Assembly (NCBI GenBank): GCA_043805415.1
Contig: JAZDHZ010000039.1
Coordinates: 14,554 to 78,553 of the forward strand
DNA: 64,000 nucleotides
Source of the DNA: Candidatus Omnitrophota bacterium
Lineage (GTDB): Bacteria; Omnitrophota; Gorgyraeia; B26-G9
Direction: 5' to 3'
Shown here: piece after piece, positions 30,512-39,064 of the stretch
Position numbering within the stretch: position 1 is the stretch's first letter
How the letters are laid out: each line of letters starts with the position of its first letter
Made by a program: the position numbers and the translations under genes
Notes under the pieces: generated by a model
The model's database searches: none
Seen by the model: only the letters and a program-made list of their open reading frames with translations
Told to the model about the DNA's origin: nothing

Positions 30512-30888
30512 TAAAACGAAAAATGGCGAGATCTCGCCCGCCGCAAATCGGCGAGGCGGATCCGCCAGAAAATAGAAAATCCCTGTCTGAAAAGATGGGG
30601 ATTTTTTTTAAGGATACTGAGGGAATTGTAGGATTCAAGTAAAAAAATGTTTTAGGAGGGAAGAACGGAACGTTGCCTCTTTATTATAACAAAATAAGCA
30701 ATGCTTGAAATGTAATATTCTTGCGAATCATTTCCAATGCGGGTTTTGAATTGGTACTTTGTTTTTGCGACTTGTTTAAGTGCAAGTATATTGCTCAATT
30801 ATAAAGGGGACGGTTGTCCCTATATACTCTATAAAACGAAAAATGGCGAGATCTCGCCCGCCGCAAATCGGCGAGGCGGATCCGCCAG
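30512..30888 (+). repeat. Exact 57-bp direct repeat (30512-30568 and 30832-30888)
   Basis: TAAAACGAAAAATGGCGAGATCTCGCCCGCCGCAAATCGGCGAGGCGGATCCGCCAG occurs twice, 320 bp apart. Confidence 0.95.
30576..30609 (+). terminator. Intrinsic terminator-like hairpin
   Basis: AAAATCCCTGTCT-GAAA-AGATGGGGATTTT followed by a T-run. Confidence 0.7.
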
Positions 30889-30898
30889 CTTTAATAAC

Positions 30899-31173
30899 AT
30901 GAATTATTTATATATTCTTTTAAACGAAGCAGGGACTCGAACTTATACTGGAGTCGCAGAAGATGTTGAGAAGCGGCTTCAGCAGCATAATAGCGGCTTC
31001 AGCAGCATAATAGCGGCAGAGTAAAAGCATCACTTCCATACAGGCCCTATAAAGTAATCCACATAGAGCAGTTTTTAACCCTAAAAGAAGCGCGTCAAAA
31101 AGAAAAATTCTATAAGTCAACTACTGGCCGTAGAGTTATAAAAGAAAAGTTTTTTAAAGAGGGCGGGGAGTGA
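30899..31173 (+). pseudogene. Small GIY-YIG nuclease frameshifted by a 20-bp tandem duplication
   Basis: Removing one AGCGGCTTCAGCAGCATAAT unit gives 84 aa: MNYLYILLNEAGTRTYTGVAEDVEKRLQQHNSGRVKASLPYRPYKVIHIEQFLTLKEARQKEKFYKSTTGRRVIKEKFFKEGGE. Confidence 0.9.
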
Positions 31174-31320
31174 ACATCTGAGTACTGCTCTGCTTCCCCA
31201 GAGCAAACGGAAGAAGTGAACGACGAGGACGCAATCCCAGTTTACCCTCCATAGCTTTAGTGAAGGAGTCATCAATAATCTAACAGCCTAATTACAGCTG
31301 TATATTTTTTGAGTCCTTAT

Positions 31321-31349
31321 TTGCATCATAACTAACGTTAGGGTATACT
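31321..31349 (+). promoter_or_regulatory. Sigma70-type promoter of the 2449-aa gene
   Basis: TTGCAT-17 bp-TATACT. Confidence 0.55.
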
Positions 31350-31423
31350 TTAATGTTCTTTTGTTTGTGCGTGTGGATACATGAGTTAAAGATTTAATCT
31401 GTTGGCAGCAATAGGAATAAAAA

Positions 31424-34400
31424 ATGCAAAAATCTCCAAAAAAATTTTTAAAATGTATAGCAGTATGTCTTATACAAGTTTTAGTGCTGTCAAATTGTAA
31501 CGCTCTTGCTTTGGCTAACACTGGCTGCCAAGCATATGATACCTTGGCTCCAACACTCACAGTAAATATGCCGGCATTTATGCATGCCTACAAAACATCA
31601 AGTGATCTTCTCCCCTTAGATCTGCAGGGGGTATCCCTTAAACAAGTCTTATTAGAGTATAACACAAAGGATCAACTAGATGAGCTGATCCGTAACGCTA
31701 GTCAGAAGTCCAGTAAAGATCTTTTCCGGGAGCTATCTAATGCGGTTGCGCAAATTGGTTTTGCCAATGTTAGCGCAAAAGAACGCTATCTTTTTATTAA
31801 GCTTCTAAGTAAAGGCAAACTGGATTTTCTTTCCGATCAGGTAAACCTGAATCCCTATATATATCAAAGATTGACAAAACTTTTTGAGGATAACAGCAGT
31901 ATTAGTTTTGCGAGTATCGCAAAAGAGATGTTGGCCGCAGAACTTGATTCCGGAAATACGAATTTACCTTTAGACGCACAGCGTATATCGGGTATGCCGA
32001 AGATTCTACTTGTAGGGCCTTATCGTTCAGAACTAGGTGATCGTGAAATTGGAGCATTTCTTTCGCCTCCGTTAGGTGTGCACAGGATTGCTTCTTTTGC
32101 CCGTCAGTTTGGAGTTCAGGCAGATGTTTATGATATTGATTTGCTGGGTATTGAGGGATTAATCGAAAAGGTTAAAAAAGAAAAATATGATTTTATTATG
32201 TTTAGCGTATATCATCAGACAATTGCCAATGGTTTAAATGGAATTCATCAGGTTAAGCAGGCATTCCCGGATGCAATTATTGTTGCTGGTGGACAGGGTA
32301 TTATTGATAGGGGGCCGATAAACAATGTTGATTTTATTTTTAAACACGCGCCTGTTGATATTATGGTTCGCGGATTCGGCGAGTTTTCTGTGCTGGATAT
32401 GGCAGTAAGTCTTGATAAAAATAATCAAAAACATAACGAATTTGATGATATCCCGGGATTGCTGTTTCGCGATAAACGTGCTGCAAAAGCGCAGATGAAA
32501 TATTCTACAGATGACTTTCGGGTGGTTTCTTATTCGATGGATTATAGTGAAATCCCTCAAGATTTCTATTGGCAGAATAATACAGAGACAATGGGACAAC
32601 GTGATATTTTAAAAATGGCACGACTTATTACTGAGAGCCATTGCCCGTTTAACTGCACTTTTTGTTCCTCCAGGGTATTTCTCGATATCGCTATTGATGG
32701 AATTCAGCCGGTGTTGTATCTTTCTCCGCAGGATTCAATTAATTTACTGAATAAATTTATTGCCGCTCATCCGGAAGTTGAAGCAGTTTATCTGCATGAT
32801 GATGATTTTTTTCTTAACAAAAAAAGAGTTGCTGAATTTGTCTATTTGATACAGCAGGGCAAATTAAATAAAGACTTGAAGTTTTTTGCTCAGGGGAGAA
32901 CTGATGATTTAGATAAACCAATGCTGCGCAAGCTTTATGATGTAGGCTTTCGCCTGATCAGTTACGGGCAGGAATCAGGATCACAAAAGATGCTCAATGC
33001 TTTGCGTAAAGATAGTGATGTAACTGCTTCCAGCGATATGCTGGCGCAAAGCTATGAAGTTGGCATTATTCCTCATATCAATTTGATATTATTTCCTCCA
33101 AAAACAACTCTTGCTGATATTCAGAAAACAGTGGAAATGGCACTGCCTCTAATCGAACAAGGAGCACATATTGCTATCAGCGGACGGGTTCTTGTGCTGC
33201 CGGGAGCAAGTATGGCAGAAGAGGGGTATGAGATAGAATATCGATCTTCTGAAATTGCCGCTACAGGAGAGATAATACAGGTTCCATTTCTTTTTAAGCC
33301 TGTTGATCCGAGAATGCAGGAAATAGCAGAAAAAGCTGATTCAGTCAGGGATAGCAAGGTTGAGGCATTAAGGAAGCGCTATCCGGAATTAGACCGCCTT
33401 CCGCAGCAAATTGACGGCTTAAGTTATTTTTGGGCAGTCTATTCTCTGGCTGATTTGGCAACGGATAAAATAGAATATGTGATCCATCGCCTTATACAGC
33501 AGGAGATCAATGAACAACGCCGCGCTAAAAAAACAGCGCGCGCATTTTCTCTGGGAGAAAAAGTGCGATTGCCTGACTTGACGGATATGGAAATTGTTAC
33601 GGCTCATAATGAGAATAATGCGCAGTTGCTGATTGTTTCCGATTGCCCCTTGCGATGCCGTTTCTGTATTAATTTTGAATTTACCCAAGACGGCGTATTC
33701 CGGCATAAATTTTTACAATGGGATGAAGCCGAATATCGCCAATTGCTTAAAAAACTTAAAAAAGCAGGGATTACAGCAGTAACGCTTACGGGCGGAGAAC
33801 CTTCATATCATCCTAATCTTGTAGATTTTGTGCGGGTTGCAAAAGAAGAAGGGTTAAGAATTAGGATCACGTCCAATGGGTTGGGGCTTAACAAGAAGAT
33901 CCTGACTGACCTTCAACAGGCAAAACTTGATAACCTGACATTTTCTGTTTTTTCTTTTGATGAGATGCAATATAGAAAAATCTCAGTTCCAGAGCTGGCG
34001 CTTATTCAGGATAAGGCGGGCCTGATCGAGCCTGTGCTTGCTGCGATAAAGCAAAACATTAAAGACGCGCTGAGTGTAGGGCTTGATCCTCGATTAAATG
34101 TTATTATTACGCGTGATACTTATCCCGATGGAACGCGCCATATCATTAATGAAGCGCGGGCAATGGGTGTGCGGAAATTTCAGCTAAAAGAATTATCCGT
34201 AGAAGAAGGTATCCGTTTTACACAGGACCAATATGTGGAAATAGATGAAACGATATTGGGAGAGTTGTTCCCAAAAGTTGATTTTTACAAAAACCCTCGC
34301 TTTCAGACCGATGATATGAAAGGATTTGTATCTTACAATGAAGCTGATCCTAATAGTATAGATCTTTCAGTTGTGCTTTTTAGTTTTGAAAAGGCAAAAA

Positions 34401-37400
34401 GAATGAACACAGTTCGCGATATTTTTGTTAATCCGTTCGCGCCGATTGAGCGTTTTGCCACAAGCGGCCGCGATCCGAAGACAAGCGCCTCGGCATTACT
34501 TAAAAACGGAGAATTGATACAGTTAGCGCGGCAAACAGTCCCTGCCGAAGAAAATGGAAAAAATTTAAGGATTGGATTTTTGCATGGGCGTTATCAACCG
34601 CCGCATTTTGGGCATCTGGATTTGATCCGCAAAGCTCTGGAGGAAAATGACAAAGTAATAGTTTTGGTGGGAGCGGATAAGGCCGATAGTGAAAAAAATC
34701 CTATCCCGCAAGGGGTCCGAGTCCGGGCTTTGCAGACATTTTTCCCGCAGGAGATCATGGAAGGCAGTCTAATAATTGCGTTTAATGATGATATCCAAGA
34801 AACAGAGATATTGAAAAATGTGAACTGGGGGCAGCGGTATTATAATTTTGTGAGAGAACTGATGCCCGATGGTAATATAACTGTTTATACAGGCCCTGAA
34901 GGGGATAAAGGTTGGTGGGACCGATTTTCTGATGTACAAGTCAAACGTAGCGAAAAAAGATTAAACAATATAAGTGCTACTCAAATTAGAGAGGGAGCTT
35001 TGGCAATGGCTCCGGATTTATCTTATCAATTGTTGCGTGAAGCAAGACAGGTTGAGCATGAAAAACCAGAGTTTGAATGGACAGAGTTGCCGGAAATCAT
35101 TCCAGAGTTTATGGATGACGATGCAATGCATTTTGGAGCGGGAATATGTCTTGAAACAGATTATAATAGGTTTTTTAAACAAGCAATGCCGATGTTATGG
35201 GCAGACGGGAATACGGGTTTTGCCCGGCTTGCTGGTTTTCTCTCAAGCTTTGAGACTCCGGGTAGCGGGTTTATCCTTCGCTTGCCCAAGCTAAAACGTG
35301 AGCAGTCAGTTTATGCCCCGGGCATGGGACTAGGTATTTGTCCGCAAAAAAGAATTACAGCTCTTGGCGAACAGAAAATTATTGCGCAGGAAGCAGCGCG
35401 CGAATTGTTCCCCGATCTTATTGTATCCCCGCAATGGACACAGCAGGAATATGACCACTATATTTATTACCACATTGCCTCAACAGTGCTTTCGTCATTA
35501 TTTAGCGACATTGTTGCCTTATGGCATCTAAGTGACGAAGAAGTAAAAAAAGGGTTAAGTTTACTTCCGGAAGAAGAACGATATCGCAGTGTGGGATTGC
35601 TTGATCTTTACCGTCAGGTAGATTCCAAGCTCAGCGAAGCTACCTTGGAGAAATTTTTTCATGCTTTACTTGAATTGAATATTTCCGAAGACGAGCAGCC
35701 TTTGCGCGATCTGGTAGGACAAGAATCAAAGGCATTGGAACAGATCATTGAGCGCTTTAGTATATACGCGAAAAAAGACAGAAAATGGTTTGGAGCTCTT
35801 TACAGTCAAAGACTGCTTCACCCGGAACTTAATGATTGGGGAAAGCGTCAGCAAAAAGGAGTAACCTATAATAAGTTTATCAGCGATTTTGGAGGGCGTA
35901 ATGCCAAGCAAAAAATAAACTCTTTTCTTTTGCATCGCTTTAATTCTGCAATGAACTGGCAAAAACCATTTGATCCTATGGCTAACAGATCTAAAGCATT
36001 ATTGAATTTTTTAAAGTCACAGGAGGTTATATTTTTCCGCTTTCGCGGATTAGGATTAACAGAGACAGGCCTAAGCACAAAGCAGGAGTTAGAGAGAATC
36101 ATTGAACAGCTTGAAAAAGACATGGCTAATGAACAATGGTGGGACGATAATCGTGTGGGGTTAGCCATTTCTGCGTTACGGCAATGCTGGGGGCCTATGA
36201 TAGACGCGTTGCATTTACGAGGATTTATTTCAGCAGAAGAGAGAATGATATATTTACGCTATTATCCTTATCAAGAAAACAGGCGGTTTTACGGTAAACG
36301 TTATAATGACACAACTGTTATCGAGCATGCTGAAAGTATGGTATCAAGTACACGCGGAGACATTGCGGAAGCAAGGATCATTGACAAGCATCTTGAACGC
36401 AGCCGCAAGTACAGGGCAACGATAAAGACGCATCGGGAATATCCGACTAGCCCCTTGGTGAGTACAGCGTTGATTGCGGAAACGGAAGACGGCAGCCTCT
36501 TATTTGAAAAACGCGACGGAAAATTAGCGCTGCCTGAGCGTTTTGTCCTGGCAGACTCATCATTGGAAAATAATGTGGATAAACTAGTTGATGCTTTGGG
36601 CATTACAAGAATGAATGACATGCAATTTTTTGATTTTGCAACTGACCCGCAGCGTAATGAAAGGGTGTACGTATACACAGCTGTAGCTAATATAAAGGCG
36701 AAAAAATATTCAGCGGGCAAAGCAATTGCCGTATCAAAAGCCGTGATCGACATTGAGCAGATAACTCCGGAACATCGTGAAATTATTCGCAAATATTTAT
36801 TTGGATATAATGCTGTTTCGCGAGCGCATTATTTAAATAATATGCGGGTTGATCAGGCAACAGGTTCTGTTGTTAAGCAAAGCGTAGATCCTGAACGCGA
36901 CAAAAGAACGGCTGGTGTGCATGCTGAATTTGCGGGCAATGGCTTGACCCAGCCCTTAATCGCTGCAGATGCGATTATTGAGTATGTGGACGCGGAAGGA
37001 GAAGACAGGGGAGTTCTTTTGGTGAAAAGGTCGGGAGATAATCAATGGGCTACGATCGGGGGTTTTGCCAACAGATATGAAAGTGCTGAGCATTCTATTG
37101 CCAGAAAAGTTTACGAGAAGATCGGATTCAAAAATATTCAGTTCAAAAAACTATTAAGGTTAGCAACCCATCCCGATCGAGATGAGCGCTTGTATGTTTG
37201 GGCTCCGGCTTTTGTTGTTAAAGTTCAGGGAGAACTGCCGCAGCTGAAGCAGGATGTAATCGCATATACTTTTGTCAAGTCAGAGGCAGAACTGGATAAG
37301 CTCTTAGCAAGAAAAGATGGGCAAGGGGGTGTTTGGGCTGACCATTATGAAACACTGCGTAACTATTTTAGACAAAAGTCGCGGAACAATAAAAAAGTAT

Positions 37401-38773
37401 TACCTCCTTTTGATTCCTCTGCTGAAGTATTTATAGATAGGGTTGAGGAGTATGAGCTAGGCGCGGTGGAGAAGTCGTTGGGGTTATTGATAGATGCGGC
37501 TGATAAAGATGGCATGCTTTTTGACTCTGTATATACAGTGTTGGTAAAGCCTAGTTTAGCTTCGATGTATAATGCCCGGACGCGGACAACAACGCATCCG
37601 GTTGTAATTGAGGCAATGATATCCTATCTTAAAAAAAGAGGAGTGCGCCGGATCATTTTCGGAGACGGAGGATTCCATGGCGGGAATATGGAAGAAATTT
37701 TTTCGGAATTGGGCCTCTATGATTTGGCCGCAAAATACAATGTTACGTTAGTAGATCTTAATAAATGCAAAGCGTATAACGTGAATATTCCTAGGCGGCC
37801 GGGACAGGCATATGAAACAGTTCAATTAGCTGATATGCTTAAAGATATCGATCTTCTGGTTAATATGCCTAAACTAAAAACTCATGGGCAAATGACTATA
37901 ACCGGAGCCACGAAAAACCTTAAAGGAGTTACAACCCCTTCGCATAAACGTGCGGCGCATCAGTTATTAAAAGGAGAAGTGGAAAAAGATTTTGGCCAAG
38001 AAGCAAAGCTGAGCCAGGCAATTGTTGATAATACTGTAGCTGTATCTATGGCAATACCCAAGCAATTGATTGTTGTTGACGGAATTGAAGGAATGGAGGG
38101 TTTTGGGCCTACGCATGGGGATATAGTAAAAAGCAAATGTCTTCTTGTCGGAACAAATCCCCTGGTAGTTGATACGACTATCGCAAATATTATGCGGGTC
38201 GATCCAAATGAAATCCCTTCGATACGAATTGCGCGTAAGCTTGGTTACTGGAAACCAGAACCTGTTATTAAGGGCTTGGTGGCTATAAATGAGATTGCCC
38301 GTAAATTTGTAATGCCGAAAAAACTCACGACAAAAGACTATGGTCATTTTGAAATAGTTGTTCCTGAGGATACGACAGGTATTTGCAGCTCCTGCATGGG
38401 AGTTCTGGCAGTTGAATATCAATTAAGTAAGCCGGAGTGGAAGCAAAAATGTAAAGAAAATGGAATAAAATTTGTGGTTTATATTGGAAGAATTGCGCCT
38501 CAGGAACCTTTGCCTGAAGGTTATTTACCGGTTTACGTAGGTATCTGCCCGCTTAAATATGCTAAAGCTAAGGGGTTAAAACTAGATGAGCAAAACATGA
38601 TAAAAGTTTGTGCTCCGGGAACAGCGTCTGTAATGGAGGTTATCAACTCGGTTTATGCCCGAGCCATTGAAACTCGTTTTCAGCTGCAGAATTTGCTTTT
38701 ACCCACTATCCAAAAAAAAGAAAAAAGCCGCACTATTAGCGAAGAAAATCTTGTTGTAGAATGTGCTATATAG
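31424..38773 (+). CDS. Giant multidomain protein: signal peptide, B12-binding radical SAM, second radical SAM, HxGH nucleotidyltransferase, unknown region, two Nudix-fold domains, DUF362 with Cys-rich tail
   Basis: CPFNCTFC (aa 407), CPLRCRFC plus LTGGEP (aa 741 on), HGRYQPPHFGH..ISATQIRE (aa 1054 on), WATIGGF..HPDRDER (aa 1875 on), VLVKP..TTHP..PKLKTH..DGIEGMEGFGP (aa 2039 on). One uninterrupted frame. Confidence 0.85.
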   Translation: MQKSPKKFLKCIAVCLIQVLVLSNCNALALANTGCQAYDTLAPTLTVNMPAFMHAYKTSSDLLPLDLQGVSLKQVLLEYNTKDQLDELIRNASQKSSKDLFRELSNAVAQIGFANVSAKERYLFIKLLSKGKLDFLSDQVNLNPYIYQRLTKLFEDNSSISFASIAKEMLAAELDSGNTNLPLDAQRISGMPKILLVGPYRSELGDREIGAFLSPPLGVHRIASFARQFGVQADVYDIDLLGIEGLIEKVKKEKYDFIMFSVYHQTIANGLNGIHQVKQAFPDAIIVAGGQGIIDRGPINNVDFIFKHAPVDIMVRGFGEFSVLDMAVSLDKNNQKHNEFDDIPGLLFRDKRAAKAQMKYSTDDFRVVSYSMDYSEIPQDFYWQNNTETMGQRDILKMARLITESHCPFNCTFCSSRVFLDIAIDGIQPVLYLSPQDSINLLNKFIAAHPEVEAVYLHDDDFFLNKKRVAEFVYLIQQGKLNKDLKFFAQGRTDDLDKPMLRKLYDVGFRLISYGQESGSQKMLNALRKDSDVTASSDMLAQSYEVGIIPHINLILFPPKTTLADIQKTVEMALPLIEQGAHIAISGRVLVLPGASMAEEGYEIEYRSSEIAATGEIIQVPFLFKPVDPRMQEIAEKADSVRDSKVEALRKRYPELDRLPQQIDGLSYFWAVYSLADLATDKIEYVIHRLIQQEINEQRRAKKTARAFSLGEKVRLPDLTDMEIVTAHNENNAQLLIVSDCPLRCRFCINFEFTQDGVFRHKFLQWDEAEYRQLLKKLKKAGITAVTLTGGEPSYHPNLVDFVRVAKEEGLRIRITSNGLGLNKKILTDLQQAKLDNLTFSVFSFDEMQYRKISVPELALIQDKAGLIEPVLAAIKQNIKDALSVGLDPRLNVIITRDTYPDGTRHIINEARAMGVRKFQLKELSVEEGIRFTQDQYVEIDETILGELFPKVDFYKNPRFQTDDMKGFVSYNEADPNSIDLSVVLFSFEKAKRMNTVRDIFVNPFAPIERFATSGRDPKTSASALLKNGELIQLARQTVPAEENGKNLRIGFLHGRYQPPHFGHLDLIRKALEENDKVIVLVGADKADSEKNPIPQGVRVRALQTFFPQEIMEGSLIIAFNDDIQETEILKNVNWGQRYYNFVRELMPDGNITVYTGPEGDKGWWDRFSDVQVKRSEKRLNNISATQIREGALAMAPDLSYQLLREARQVEHEKPEFEWTELPEIIPEFMDDDAMHFGAGICLETDYNRFFKQAMPMLWADGNTGFARLAGFLSSFETPGSGFILRLPKLKREQSVYAPGMGLGICPQKRITALGEQKIIAQEAARELFPDLIVSPQWTQQEYDHYIYYHIASTVLSSLFSDIVALWHLSDEEVKKGLSLLPEEERYRSVGLLDLYRQVDSKLSEATLEKFFHALLELNISEDEQPLRDLVGQESKALEQIIERFSIYAKKDRKWFGALYSQRLLHPELNDWGKRQQKGVTYNKFISDFGGRNAKQKINSFLLHRFNSAMNWQKPFDPMANRSKALLNFLKSQEVIFFRFRGLGLTETGLSTKQELERIIEQLEKDMANEQWWDDNRVGLAISALRQCWGPMIDALHLRGFISAEERMIYLRYYPYQENRRFYGKRYNDTTVIEHAESMVSSTRGDIAEARIIDKHLERSRKYRATIKTHREYPTSPLVSTALIAETEDGSLLFEKRDGKLALPERFVLADSSLENNVDKLVDALGITRMNDMQFFDFATDPQRNERVYVYTAVANIKAKKYSAGKAIAVSKAVIDIEQITPEHREIIRKYLFGYNAVSRAHYLNNMRVDQATGSVVKQSVDPERDKRTAGVHAEFAGNGLTQPLIAADAIIEYVDAEGEDRGVLLVKRSGDNQWATIGGFANRYESAEHSIARKVYEKIGFKNIQFKKLLRLATHPDRDERLYVWAPAFVVKVQGELPQLKQDVIAYTFVKSEAELDKLLARKDGQGGVWADHYETLRNYFRQKSRNNKKVLPPFDSSAEVFIDRVEEYELGAVEKSLGLLIDAADKDGMLFDSVYTVLVKPSLASMYNARTRTTTHPVVIEAMISYLKKRGVRRIIFGDGGFHGGNMEEIFSELGLYDLAAKYNVTLVDLNKCKAYNVNIPRRPGQAYETVQLADMLKDIDLLVNMPKLKTHGQMTITGATKNLKGVTTPSHKRAAHQLLKGEVEKDFGQEAKLSQAIVDNTVAVSMAIPKQLIVVDGIEGMEGFGPTHGDIVKSKCLLVGTNPLVVDTTIANIMRVDPNEIPSIRIARKLGYWKPEPVIKGLVAINEIARKFVMPKKLTTKDYGHFEIVVPEDTTGICSSCMGVLAVEYQLSKPEWKQKCKENGIKFVVYIGRIAPQEPLPEGYLPVYVGICPLKYAKAKGLKLDEQNMIKVCAPGTASVMEVINSVYARAIETRFQLQNLLLPTIQKKEKSRTISEENLVVECAI

Positions 38774-39064
38774 GAATTCCAGGGACACAATACTTAATTA
38801 TCTAACCACATTTTTCTTAACATAAATTTCAAAAACTCTCTCTCTCTTAACCGTATCTTAACTATCCGCGACTTCGCATCCAAAATTTTCTGCGATTTTC
38901 TACTAAATTTGCTATTTAAGTCCAACCTATTTTACCTTTAATAAGTGATTTTACAATATTAAATCTTGTGTTAAAATATGAATATCGCAAAATAGATTTA
39001 CAATAAATTTTTTTAGAACTTTTTCAGTTTTAAAATGTCTAATCATGAAGAAAGGGGATAGATT

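Noticed and set aside
30148-30642. Short ORFs 30148-30465, 30209-30412, 30423-30638 and 30430-30642
   Set aside because: They overlap the tRNA and palindromic repeats, with no protein-like motifs.
30512-31017. CRISPR array
   Set aside because: Only two copies of a 57-bp unit 320 bp apart and a spacerless 20-bp tandem. No cas genes.
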